From positions 32,001 through 96,000 of IMG/VR virus record IMGVR_UViG_3300028832_000114: a DNA stretch of 64,000 nucleotides; one strand, 5' to 3'. Under the pieces are notes generated by a model. That model was not told the origin of the DNA, did not search any database, and was given only the letters and a program-made list of their open reading frames with translations. The stretch comes from a virus (taxonomy: Duplodnaviria > Caudoviricetes). Positions 45,087-57,500 of this stretch are shown here, piece after piece (position 1 is the first letter of the stretch; each line of letters begins with the position of its first letter). The position numbers and the translations under genes are program-made.

Positions 45087-46958
45087 CTACCATTCATCCA
45101 CAACAGTATATTCTAATATTGTTTTATCATTTATTTTTATTGTTCCCATAGAAGTTGTTCCATTAATATAATTATTTAAACAAGTTGCGCTTGGATATTC
45201 ATTATTTCAATTTGAACTTGAAGTATTTAAAGCATTAACTTTATTATCAATAACTTCTGCTGAGAATCTTAATTTATCTTTTAAGTTATCTTGATAAATA
45301 ATTATTACTGTTAAATCCATATCTGATCCAACAAGTTCTTCAGTTCCATAGTTAGAAACTTTATATGTATTAGAGTTGTCTGCTAAAGTATAAACAACTG
45401 TTTCCACTCCATAATAAATATAATTACTATCAAACATATAAGGAACATCTAAAGCTTGTACGGTTGCAAGATTTGAAGCACTATATGGTAATCTAGCAGT
45501 TCTTTTATAAAATTTTCCATCTGTTAAATTAAGTTCATCGTAATATTCTTCAGTATCATCAAGATTAACTAATCCATAATCTGTAATTACAGTTCCATTA
45601 GCATCAGAATATGGAATATTAAATGAATATTCATAATAACTTTCATATACCCCTTCATTAACTCCTTCCCAAGTTAAATGACAACATAAATCTGCAATAT
45701 TTGGAGTTGATACACAAAGGTATCCTTCATCTTCAACAAGAACATGTTGTCTTGTAGTATTATTAATTAAACTATCAGCCCATTCTGAAGAACTTACTGC
45801 AGTTAATAATTCTACTGAGCTTGATGTTGTTGGTATTGTCTCAATAAACCCAATTTTTCCTAAAGTAGCTGCACCAGTTGTTACCAATTCGATAGTGTAA
45901 GTTTCTGGGGTTACTTTAAAATAAACAACATAATTATTTGATGTACTAACAATATCTCCATTATTATCAATACTGTATCCAGAAAAAATCTTAGTTCCAT
46001 CTTTATCAAATTGATTTAAACCAATTGATAATAATTTAGAAGGATTAGAATTTAATACTACACCAGTTTGTTGTGCAATATAATTAATTTCAATAATATC
46101 ATCTACCGTTACAGTTCCACTACTAATTGCGATACCATAATTACTTAAAGTAACAGAAGTGTTATTTAATTGCCATTCATTTGCAGTATAACTTATAACA
46201 ATAGTATCTCCAATATTTTCTCTTGATGTTGTTGTAATTCCATATTCAAGCATATCAACCCATGTACTTCCATATTTTCATTGATTAGCAACATAATCTA
46301 CAACAATTTGATCATCTTGAACTTCTTGTCCAGTAGTTGTAATTCCGTATTGACTCATTGTTACTGTCGTACTGTTTAAAGTTCAATTACTACCATTATA
46401 AATAAAAATATATGTTCCTGTCGTTTGATTTACTTTATTAACAAAGGTATTTTTATTAATATCCCCAGACATTCTAGAAGATTGATCATCTACAAGAAGA
46501 CTTGCATCAAAAGTAAAAGTATAAGTATCAGTAATCATTTCTACTTTTTTTGCAAAAGTAGATTTATCAAGTAAATAAACATCTGTAGAGCTTGTACTTA
46601 TAATTGGAGTATAAATAAAATCATATATTCCAGAAGTAGAAATTTGAGTTTTAAATGTTGTAGAATTAACACTAACTGTTAGTGTTTCTGCGGAAGTTAC
46701 TGTTGTTGTTAAACTTTCTTCTATAGTAGAAGATTCACTATGTCCAATTAAACTAGATAATTCAGCATAACCATCAGAGATATCTAACTCTCCACCGGAA
46801 GTTCTATATTGCCAAGTATCTTCATCAGTGATACCTTCTTCAGAAGTAAGGTTATCTGCTAATCCTACTGTTACTCCAGGATAATTTCCATCTGGATTAA
46901 TTTCAGGATAAACTTGATTAGTTTTCGCAGCATCTTGATAAAATTTTATTTCAGCCAT
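45087..46958 (-). CDS. tail-associated protein with W..N...V.L..YGI repeats (code 4)
   Basis: Fragments 46383 and 45207 share one frame; Thr/Ser-rich. Confidence 0.65.
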
Positions 46959-46982
46959 AATTTATCTTTCTCCTTTCATATT

Positions 46983-47777
46983 CTAATTAATAGAATAGAA
47001 TAAACCAGTTGTAATTTGTTCACCATCAATGGTTCCAACACCACGTGTTTTTCCTGATTCTCTTTGATAAGTAAAACCAATAGTATGCATTTCTACATTA
47101 CCAGTATTTTCTACTCCAATTAAACTATAACTTGTATCTGTTGTAGATATAGAAACAGTCACTATATCTGCTACAAAATCATTAAACATTGTATTGATTT
47201 GAGTTTTATTATAAAAACCACTCAAATCATCTCCTAATTTTTCTCAACCATTATTTATATAAAAATATTCATCAAATCTTTTGACTTCTGTTGGATTAGG
47301 AGTATCCATAACATAAAATGTATCATTACTAATATCTGTAGTAGGTAATACATTTACATATTGAAATTTAACAGACCCCATTTCTCCCTTAGGACCGCGG
47401 ATATTAACTGTTTGTGGATTTGGCAATCCTTTATCATTCGTTCAAGATATATTTCCATTAGAATCAACAGAAGGAGTAAATACAGCACCATTATCTCCAT
47501 CTGTACCATCAACGGCAAAATAAGATATTGAATAACTAATTAATGAAGTATCATCATTATATTTTAATGTAATTCTAGTTCATAAATATTGTCCCTGTGT
47601 AACTACAGGAAAATCAGTTGATCAAGTTCCACTAGGGATAACAGTTGCGCTGGTTGATGCTTGATATTCAACAACTTGATCATAAATACCTCTTCCATCT
47701 TCACCTCTAGCATATACTTCAACATCAATTGTATCATCTGTAGATAACATGTTACCCATTGCAGTTGTTCCAGCCAT
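46983..47777 (-). CDS. tail-fibre-associated protein (code 4)
   Basis: PSGT(W)STDFPVVTQGQYL(W)TR, NIRGPKGE, FDEYFYINNG(W)EKLG. Confidence 0.65.
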
Positions 47778-47778
47778 A

Positions 47779-48147
47779 TTATATACTACCTCCTTCTTCA
47801 CTACTAATAGCTTCAGGATATAAAATTAATAATTTAGGTCCATCATTATCATATCCTACTAAAGTAGTATTTCCATTTAATTCTATTTCATATCAATATG
47901 TTTTTGGTTGACTTTTTAAAGGCTCACCAATTTTCATCTCTTCTGAAGTAAAATCTAAATCCACCGAATCAGTGTTTTCATTGATATTAAATCGTTTTTC
48001 TAATAAAACTTCCCTTAAATCATTTTCTTTGCAAATATAAAATGTAATATAATCACCAATTCTAAAAGTGTCACTATTATTTACCAAATGAATTGTAATT
48101 TTATCTCCTCTATTTACATAAATTATTTTATTTTTTATTTTATACAT
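47779..48147 (-). CDS. hypothetical structural protein (BppU-N-like; code 4)
   Basis: IYVNRGD...TY(W)YEIEL...LYPE. Confidence 0.6.
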
Positions 48148-48162
48148 ACCATATCCTCCCTT

Positions 48163-49662
48163 CTACGAAATCTCATAATGCAGACCAAGAACAACTTCTC
48201 TATCATCTACATATAGAGATCCTCCCTCTGCAGAAGTAGATGTTTGATATTTTAATCCAGTAAATGTATTAGACAATCTAGTATTATATATTTGCGATCC
48301 AGATGTTGCTGTGGCTTCTTGCACACCTGTTAAATAATAAGTTTGATTTGCAGAAACCAATTCAGTTGATACAGCTCCTGGTTGTGGTGCATATAATGTA
48401 ATAGCATTATTATCTCCAACCTTAATTGTACCAACAGTTGCTCCACTTTGTTGAACTGGAGTAATTGTAATATCAGCAGCATTAAGATAACTTTTTCCTT
48501 CAACAAAGCTTGCAACAGCTTGAGATGTAGGTAATTTAGTACTTGTACTTGCTGCGGAAATACTTGAATCAACATCTTTATATGCTGCATTATCTAATCC
48601 ATAAACCGCAATATTTTGTACACTTCCGCTAGATGGTGTTACTTTAATTTGACCATTTGCATCACCAGTAGCAAAAGTATAAGTTGTATCACTACCAGGA
48701 ATTCCTAGTCCAGTAATATCAGATTTACCAACTGCGGAAACTGATTTAATATGTCCCTCTGCAGTAGTTGCTAATTTATATAAACCTTCAGACTGAGCAG
48801 TTGTTAATCTATTTGAATCTGTTGCATGATCATATGCAATTTTACCACGATCTCCGCGATAAGCAGTTGAACTAGTTTCACCTAAAGCAAGTGTTTCACT
48901 AATAACTACAAATCCACTAAGATTTCCTCCCCATCTATAAGTTTTTTCAGTGGTTATATCAACATAAATTTTACCAGTCTCACCAACAATTTCTGTTGTA
49001 TGAGCAGCTTCTTTATAAAATTTATTGTTATAATAATATCCCTCAATTACATCATCAACATAACTTGGTAATTGTAAACTAGGCACTTTACCATTTGCAT
49101 CTAATTCTGCTAAACCATTATTAGAACCTTTTAATGAAGTATCTAACTTATTAGCAAGACCTGCATTAACAGCTCCAGAAGTAATTAGTTTTGTACTAGA
49201 AGCAGTTCCTCCAACAGAAATATCAATTCCTTTTGTTGCTATTGCACTGATTCCACTACCAATTAAAACTTCTCCAGAAGTAAATGTTCCAATCCCAGTA
49301 CCGCCTCGTGAAACAGGTAAAACTCCAGTTGTAATATCTGATGTATCTACTACAGATTTAAAAGCTAAATCTCCTAATCCATAAACCGATATTTCCGCAT
49401 TAGTACCATTAGTATTTACTTTAATTGTACCATTAGTTGTACCAGTTTCAATAGCTCTAACACCAGCATTTGTAATATTTTTATTAGTAATTGTAATACC
49501 ATTAGAACCAGTATAATTTATACCATCTATTTGAATTCTATGAGTACTATCTTTATCTAAATATAATTTTTGAGTATCTTGAACAAAAATAATTTGTCCT
49601 TCTACTATATCAAGAGAGGATAATTCAGAATTATTTATTTTTCTAAATCTAACTTGTACCAT
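48163..49662 (-). CDS. tail fibre protein
   Basis: GVLPVSRGGTG, GLAELDANGKVPSLQLPSYVDDVIEG, LALGETSSTAYRGDRGK. Confidence 0.75.
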   Translation of the reverse strand: MVQVRFRKINNSELSSLDIVEGQIIFVQDTQKLYLDKDSTHRIQIDGINYTGSNGITITNKNITNAGVRAIETGTTNGTIKVNTNGTNAEISVYGLGDLAFKSVVDTSDITTGVLPVSRGGTGIGTFTSGEVLIGSGISAIATKGIDISVGGTASSTKLITSGAVNAGLANKLDTSLKGSNNGLAELDANGKVPSLQLPSYVDDVIEGYYYNNKFYKEAAHTTEIVGETGKIYVDITTEKTYRWGGNLSGFVVISETLALGETSSTAYRGDRGKIAYDHATDSNRLTTAQSEGLYKLATTAEGHIKSVSAVGKSDITGLGIPGSDTTYTFATGDANGQIKVTPSSGSVQNIAVYGLDNAAYKDVDSSISAASTSTKLPTSQAVASFVEGKSYLNAADITITPVQQSGATVGTIKVGDNNAITLYAPQPGAVSTELVSANQTYYLTGVQEATATSGSQIYNTRLSNTFTGLKYQTSTSAEGGSLYVDDREVVLGLHYEIS

Positions 49663-49677
49663 ATTTTATTCTCCTTT

Positions 49678-51756
49678 CTATGATATATCATAATAAAAAC
49701 CTGTTGGCACAGGTTTATCATCTACATATAATGTTCCACCACTTGCAGATGTTGAAGTTTGATACTTAACTCCTGTAAATGTGCTTGACATCCTAGTATT
49801 ATAAAGTTGTGTATCATCAGATGAACTTGTACTTTGAACACCTGTTAAATAATATGTTTGATTTGCATTTGATAATGGAGCAGAAACACGTCCAGAATCA
49901 AGTACTTTATAAGCACCGCCATTAACATAAACATTACCCGCATAAAATCCATTTCCAGATCAATCGAGTGCATACGCATTAGAACGTGCGTTCTCTGCAG
50001 TTCCATTTCCAACAATATCTAGAAAAGTACTATTAGAATCTACTATATTATATCTACCTTGAACATGTTGATAATCACTTGCTGCAACAGTATACTCACC
50101 TTCAGCATGAGATTTTTGTCCTGATGCTGTTGTTCCACTACCTTCAGCATGAGAAGCATAATCTGATGCTGTAGTATAATAACCTTCTGCATGACCATAT
50201 TTTCCTGATGCATTAGTTGAACGACCTTCTGCATGTGCATATTCATTTGATGCAATAGTTGAACGACCTTCCGCATGAGAATACTTTCCGGCAGCTTTTG
50301 TAGAATATCCTTCTGCAAAAGCATATTCACCCATAGTATAACTAGCACTTTCCTCATCTGTTCCAATTGCTCTTAAGCTTCCTGTCGTAGAACCATTAAG
50401 TAAATTACTATTTACTTCACTTGTCAAAGGTGTAATTGAATTACTACCAAGAGTAATAACACCATTATTTATTTTTGCATCTGTAATACCATAACCACTT
50501 AATGTTGTAGGATTTGTACCTGCGGTAATATGACCAGTATCATTAACAGTTACAGAACGATATGTTCCTGCTGTTATTCCAGAAGTTGCATGTGAAATTG
50601 TGCGGCTACCACTTGTTGTAATTGCAGAACTGCTATCTATTGAAATAGGGCTAGTTGCATTAATTGTGATACTTGTTACTGTTCCACTAGGTTCGTCTCC
50701 TGATGGAATTAGTTCCCATGTATTTGCATTGCTTGTCTTAGTTAAACAAATAAATGTATCTCCAACTTTTGCTGCTTTAGAAGCATATGTTCCATCTGTA
50801 ATTACCTTATAAGTATCACCCACATTAGCAGTTCCATCAACAGGTAATGAAGTAATTGTACCACCAGTACCTAAACTACCCTTAAATATCATTGGTTCTG
50901 GTAAATTATCAATAGCAGTATCAACATATGCAGTTGTAGCTATCTTTGTAGAATTATCTCCTTGAGTTTGGGTGGTTGCAGTAACACTACTTGGAATAGC
51001 TCCACTTAATTGTGTTGCATCAAGAGTTGAACTTGATGTTAATGGAGTAATTGTATTACTTCCTAAAGTAATAACTCCACTATCTATTTTCGCATCAGTA
51101 ATTCCATATCCACTTATAGTTGTTGGATTGCTTCCTGCTGTAACATGTCCTTGAGCATCTACTGTAACACTTTTATATGTACCAGCTGTAACTCCTGATG
51201 TTGCATGATTTAAAGTTATTTTTCCACTAGCTCATGTACTAGAAAGAGCTGTTCCTGCCACAACTTTTGTATAATTTTCACGAACAGTAACAGATCACGT
51301 TCCACCATTAGCATTTGTTAATTTATATACATAAGTTTGATCTCCTTGTTGAGAATCACTATGTGAACTTACACTTCTATAATATTGAAATTCAACATTT
51401 GTGGGATTTGTTTCATCACTAACATATGCCATAAATGCCATACGTGTTTGACTTCCACTTGCTGGATTTGCATTTGAACTAGCACGACAATAAACTACAT
51501 GTTTATTAGTATAAGCAGTAATAAAATCTTGTCAAGTAGAACTTCCATATTTTAAAATTGTCATACCTGACATAAAATTACTATCATTAATTAATTGACT
51601 TGTTTTTGTTGGACTTGGACTTAATTCTATTCTATTTGTACCATCTTCATCTAAATACACTTTTTGTGTATCAGTAGTTACAATAAATTGTCCTTCTGAG
51701 ACAGAGAGATTTTCTAATTGAGAAGACTCAATTTTATAAGGTTTAAACTTTGCCAT
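49678..51756 (-). CDS. tail fibre protein with YadA-head-like 14-aa repeats (code 4)
   Basis: Fragments 51532 and 49960 share one frame; tandem (S/A)HAEG.xT.A repeats; duplicated HATSG..AGTY...GYGITDAKI block. Confidence 0.75.
50090..50330 (-). repeat. 42-nt coding tandem repeat (HAEG repeats)
   Basis: accttc(t/a/c)gcatg recurs at a 42-nt period. Confidence 0.7.
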
Positions 51757-51794
51757 ATAATTCCTCCTTTTGTCTCTTTTATTATTTTTATATT

Positions 51795-53165
51795 TTAAAT
51801 ACTTGTGCTAATAGTTTCTCATTCTAAAATGCTATCAGCATAAGCTTTAGCACCATAAATTGTATTAGCACTAGCAGTATCACTTACACTACCAATTACA
51901 GTACTTTGTACAGTACTTGCACTACCAGCCGCATCAAAATCAGTTGTTGCCGCATAAGCCGCACTGTCTAACCCATAAATACTAACAGCTATACTTCCAA
52001 CTTTAAATGTTCCATTTGTTGTACCAGTTGTAATATCACTAGGTTGAACTGCACTATCTGCTAATCCACCTTGAGCTGCAGTAGCATAAGCACTACTTGC
52101 AGTATAAGCTGCGCTATCTAAGCCATAAACGCTAACTGGACTACCATCAACTTTAATAGTTCCATTAGTAGTTCCTGTAGTTACACTTTGAACAGCTGTA
52201 TCTGCTTTACCACCTTGTGTAGAAGTAGCATAAGCGTCACTATTTGTATAAGCAGCACTACCAAGACCTTTAACTTTTACAGTAGTATAATTAGTTCCAT
52301 TAATAGTATATTTAATTTCACCATTAACATCACCTTGTGCAATACTTTGAACAGCAGTATCAGCTTTTCCTAAACTAGCTGTAACTGCGTCTGCTAATTT
52401 AGCACTTGTAACAGCTTTACTATCTAATTTATCAGTTGTAACTGCTCCATTAGTTAATTCAGTTGTTCCAATACTACCGGCAACAATAGTTGCACTAATT
52501 ACATTATTATTATCAATAGCTAATTGTACTTGAGTTGCACTTGGTTGAGCAGTATAAATATCAACTAAATCTTTTGCGGCAATATAAATTGTATCACTAG
52601 TTGCATTAGCAATTACTAATTTAATATATTTACCAGCATTTGCCGCACTTGCAGTTCCAGTTCCAACAATTTTACTTGTTACATCTGTTGTTCCATCATA
52701 TAATTTACCATCTGATGAATTATAAGTAATATCAACAACAGTTCCACTTTCAACTACCATATCTTTAGGAATATCAATATTAGCATTTAATCCAGTAGCA
52801 CTTTGTACTATATTATATCTTTTTGAATAAGGATCTGAACTAGAGCCTGAAGTTTCAGTAACCGTAACAGTATAATTTGTTGCCGCAGGCACACTTACAT
52901 AAAGACCTTCTTCACCAGAACCAGTTTGTAAAGTAATATTATTTCCTACTTTTGATGAAATTTGTACTCCAACTTGATTGTTATTTGTAACTATAATTGA
53001 TTTATCTTTAGCAACAACTTCAGTTAAATATCCAGGGATATCTGTATTTGATAATTCTATTTCACCTAAATAAAACTTATCAGTATCCGTTAAATAATAA
53101 AAATCATCAGCACTTTTTGTTAATAAAGCATATTGCTCTGAAGTACACTTATAAAATTTTATCAT
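51795..53165 (-). CDS. tail fibre-like protein with KADTAVQ/GLDSAAY repeats
   Basis: ORF track, extended through the terminal TGA (ILE(W)ETISTSI). Confidence 0.7.
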
Positions 53166-53187
53166 AATTCTTCCTTCCTTTCTTTAA

Positions 53188-53622
53188 CTACTGAGTTATT
53201 TCTTCTCATGCGGAACCTCCGCTGATTTCATCATAACTATTAGTTAAACTATTCCAACGATATAAAGTCGTTGCTTCAACATATAAAACTTCATTTTCTC
53301 CTTCACTTGGAAGTCCACTATCAGAGAATACTAAATTAGACTTTTGACCAGTCATTTGTGTTCATAATCCATTATAATAATTCCATAAAGCGTTTTCTCT
53401 TCTAACATAATAGAAACCCTCAATTGGAGATTTCATGGCCTGTCTAGTGGCATCGTCTACAATAGTCATAATATCTGCGTAGGTTGTTCTTTTTCCGTCT
53501 ACGTCTAAATATATTGCTCTATCATCAGTTGTAAAGATTAATTGTCCAGCTTTAAGACCGATTTTGTCTAGCTTGTCGGATGTAGTGGCAATAAATTTCA
53601 TTATTATTTTATTATTAGCCAT
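53188..53622 (-). CDS. short fibre-associated protein (code 4)
   Basis: MANNKIIMKF...GQLIFTTDDRAIYLD; RBS AAGGAGG; two TGA. Confidence 0.65.
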
Positions 53623-53644
53623 ATTCGTATCCTCCTTCTGAATA

Positions 53645-53686
53645 TATACTAAAAATAGCATAATCTTATTTTTCGCTTTTGACCAT
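53645..53686 (-). promoter_or_regulatory. candidate late-promoter motif
   Basis: GGTCAAAAGC-N20-TTTTAGTATA. Confidence 0.45.
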
Positions 53687-53723
53687 AATAAAACAAATAA
53701 AAAAAAGATTAGTTTATACAAAA

Positions 53724-54026
53724 CTAATCTTCTTTTACTTCCTCAGTAGGAATTTCTTCTTGAATAGGTTGCTCTTCAATTTCAGGTTGAATTTCTTCAG
53801 CTTCATCTCTTTCAATTAATTCTTCTTCCATATCAACTTCTGGTAATCCAGCAACTGATGTTAAGATAGATAATAATGCGGCTAGTGCACTTGTTCCTAA
53901 CACTGTTAGCCAACTAACTTCATTAATTGAAATTCCTGCTGGAATTAATGCTAAAGCTGTTTGTGCAAAAGTTTTAAGAGCTCTAACTAATGCACGTCTT
54001 AACCATACTTTAAAATTTGTTCTCAT
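53724..54026 (-). CDS. holin, r1t family
   Basis: RALKTFAQTA...VSW..VLGTSALAALLSILTSVAGLPEV. Confidence 0.85.
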   Translation of the reverse strand: MRTNFKVWLRRALVRALKTFAQTALALIPAGISINEVSWLTVLGTSALAALLSILTSVAGLPEVDMEEELIERDEAEEIQPEIEEQPIQEEIPTEEVKED

Positions 54027-54027
54027 A

Positions 54028-54327
54028 CTATTCTTTTTCCTCCTCTTTTTCTTCAACTATTTCAGCCTCTCCTGATTGAACTTCATCAACTGGCATTGAT
54101 GGCAATGTTCCAGAAGCTAACGCGCCCAATAAATCTAAAACAGGATTTTGTTCATTAATAGCCTCTGTTGATTCTTCTTCTTTATGTTCCTCTTGTTTGA
54201 TTGCTTCTTGATATTGATTTGCCATCATAGAATAAATATCAAAAACTGCATAATAACTTTCTTCAAGAGATGCTTTTGAATTATTAATTAAATCAATAAT
54301 TTTATTTTTTAAATCATTAATTTTCAT
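54028..54327 (-). CDS. acidic hypothetical protein (paralogue of the neighbouring gene)
   Basis: NDLKNKIIDLINNS...YY...DI pattern. Confidence 0.7.
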   Translation of the reverse strand: MKINDLKNKIIDLINNSKASLEESYYAVFDIYSMMANQYQEAIKQEEHKEEESTEAINEQNPVLDLLGALASGTLPSMPVDEVQSGEAEIVEEKEEEKE

Positions 54328-54565
54328 TTATTTCTTCCTTTCCTTTCTCTTCTTGCTCTTTTATTTCTTCGGTTTCCTGATTTTGTTCTTGTTTTCCTTT
54401 TAAATCAAATTCAACTGTCTCATTTTCTTCATTTTCAAGTTGTTTATTATATAAATCAACAACCTCTGTCATAATATCTCTTAATACAAAATATATACAA
54501 TCAATTGATAAATTTGATTGAATGATTGTATCAGTAATATTTTTTCTTAAATCATTTAATAACAT
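54317..54565 (-). CDS. acidic hypothetical protein
   Basis: NDLRKNITDTIIQS...YF...DI pattern. Confidence 0.7.
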   Translation of the reverse strand: MLLNDLRKNITDTIIQSNLSIDCIYFVLRDIMTEVVDLYNKQLENEENETVEFDLKGKQEQNQETEEIKEQEEKGKEEINEN

Positions 54566-54595
54566 TTTAAAATCCTCCTTTTATTTCCTTTTATA

Positions 54596-57500
54596 TTACG
54601 TTGTTAAAGTACAGGTTGTAATAATTCCTTTCTTAATAACAAAATGAATATTTGCATAATCACCAGTTCAAAAATCTTTTGAAACACCTGCAGTGCCATT
54701 AATTCTCAATTCTCCGTCTGGATTTAAATTTACATAGGTTCCTGATTTAATTCCCACTGCGCTACCAGCATCTATATTCATATTTACATTTGCATACACA
54801 CGACCAGAGCCACCAGATCCAAATGAAACGTAACCAATTTGATTACCCGCACCAGTTCTTGAACTTGCACTACGGAACGAAATTGATGAAGTCCCACTTG
54901 ATCCAGATCCAGGATCTGCAGTTGCACTTGCAACATTTAATCTACTTACATATGGATGACTTGTTCATCCAGATGATGCAAATCCCATTCTTAAAAATCC
55001 AGTACCATTATAAACATCTAACATACCAGATGAAATTGTATTAGCACTAACACTTGTAATATGTCCACTACTAATTTTTAAATCTCCATTACTATCAATA
55101 GAACATCCTCCAATAGTTCCAGCGGTTGCTGTAATAGTTCCACCTACTGTGGCATCACTTAATACAGCATTTTTAGCATAAATAGTTCCAGTATTAGTTA
55201 CACCAAAATTATCTCCAGCCTTAAATACTATATTAGATCTGTTTGTTCCACCGATAGTTGCAGTTATTCCAGTATTACCTAAATATAATGCATTGCTGGC
55301 TGTATAAAGTGCATTTGCACCAAGTGTCCATCCAGCAATCTCCCCAGATGTTGCAGTAATTGCACCAGCTTTAGTTACTTTAAATGTAGATCCAGTACCA
55401 AGTGATATACCATCTTTACCAATATATACACCTTCAGTATTTGCCGTTAAACTAGATTTACCATTATATATTGCATCTGCAGTAACAGTTCAAGGCCCAA
55501 TTGTGCTTCCAGCACCCGCACTTAATGTTCCACTAATTGTAGCACTTTTTGCAGTTAAAGCTCCTGCAGTTGTTACTTGAAAAGCACTTGTTCCATCTGC
55601 AACAGCTCCTAGTGCAATACCATTTGTTCCAATGTAAAAACCCGATGCATTTGTATTAAAATTAGATTTTCCATAATAAATAGCACTATTAGCATTTCCA
55701 GTCCCATTAGTACCTATTGTAATTTTATTTGTTCCGTTTCCAAAAGTTCCTGCGGTAGCATTAATTGTACCACTTATAGTTGCTCCAGATGAATATAAAT
55801 TACCAGATGAGTCTACTCCAAAATTAGAGCCAGATATAAAACGTCAATTAGCAGCCGCATGTCCAGCTATTGTTTTATTAGCGCCTAAATTAGCAGTACC
55901 TAAATATAATGTTGGATTATCAACTGACCCGCCATACCATAATTTATTTGTTTCAATTTTTCAATTTGCAATAGTTCCAGATTTTGCAGTTAATGTTCCT
56001 GTATTAGTAACTGAGAATACAGAGTTAGCTCCTAAAGCAATTCCATTTGTTCCTATGTAAACGCCATCTTTAGCATCTGCTAAACCTGTTTTTGTATTAT
56101 AAATATATGTATTTTTAATTGTTCATCCGCTAGCACCATTTCCAATATATCCTGAAGTTGCGGTAATTTTTCCTTTTAAAATTACATTATTAGCATATAA
56201 ATTACCACTATTATCAACTTGAAATATAGATTTAGTAATAGATTCACCATTAACACCTTCATAGGTAGTTGTTTTTCCTAAACCAATACCTTCTTTTCCA
56301 AGATAAAAACCATCACTATTAGCATCTAACGATTTTTTAGTTGTATATACTTGACCTTTTGTTCCATTTAAAAATAATTGATTATTATATAATACATCGT
56401 CAGAACCATCCTTTCCAATAGTCCATCCTCCAATGTGTCCGCCGCCTGCAGCAGTTAATTCACCATTCTTATCTACTTTAAATTTTCCACTACCAAATCT
56501 AATTTCAGGTGTAGCTAAATCAATAAGCATACCGGCAGGATTTTCATTATTTTCAGTATAATTAATTGGTAAACCAACATTTTCATCATCAGTATGATAA
56601 CTTTTTCAAAAATTATTACTATAAAGTAATGCTTTATCTGTTTGTGGGTCTACAATAATTTGTCCACCGTTTCCACCCTTACCAAAAATGGCAGAACCAT
56701 TTTTACTATTTAAAAATAAACTTCTAATTCCTTTATGGTACCCTATTAATCCTACATCTGAATTAGTTCTTCCTCTTTCACGAACAGCACCCATATATAC
56801 ACCAGTAAAAGTTCCATCAGATTCTTTTAAACCTGCTCCGGCTTGCGGAGTTAAAATTCTACCAGCAGCATTATCTATTGAAATTGAATTTCCATCTCAA
56901 CTTTCAATTCCTGCTAATCCATGTCTATTTAAATAAAAATGGACAGGAATATGAATCTTTGCAATTTGTATATCATCTTTATCTTTAATTTTGACTTCTA
57001 TCGCATCGGTTAAACATTCTCCATTATAATCATCCTTTGGAAAATAAATTTTTGAATTTTCCATTAAATTATTTTTTGGAATTAAATGTTTATCAGATAT
57101 TCAAGAAGTACCATTTTTAACTCTTCCTTGTGTAGACCATACATAAGTTACCCTATAATCATTAGACACTGTAGAAATATCTTCAACAAATCCATTAATA
57201 ACTTTTGTTACTTGTAAAGTAAATGGCTCAGCATTATCATACATAGGGTTACGACCATCACTAGAATAACATACATATCTAAAACCAGTATTTTTAATTA
57301 ATTTTACAGCATAATCAGAAGATGTTTCCGCAGTAATAATTGGCATTGTGCAATAATAACTAATTCCTTGATAAGTTACAATACCTTGAATAATATTTGC
57401 AGGTTGATCATCTTGATATTTATCTCAATTAAATTCATATTTATGATCATTTGTTTCTTCAATTATAATAGAAGAGCTATCTTTTGTTACTGTGTCTGGC

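Noticed and set aside
48170-49870. Diversity-generating retroelement TR/VR pair in the duplicated fibre C-termini
   Set aside because: Both copies are coding, differences are not confined to adenines, and no reverse transcriptase is present in the window.
50090-52380. CRISPR-like periodic repeats
   Set aside because: They are degenerate in-frame coding repeats of fibre proteins with no unique spacers.
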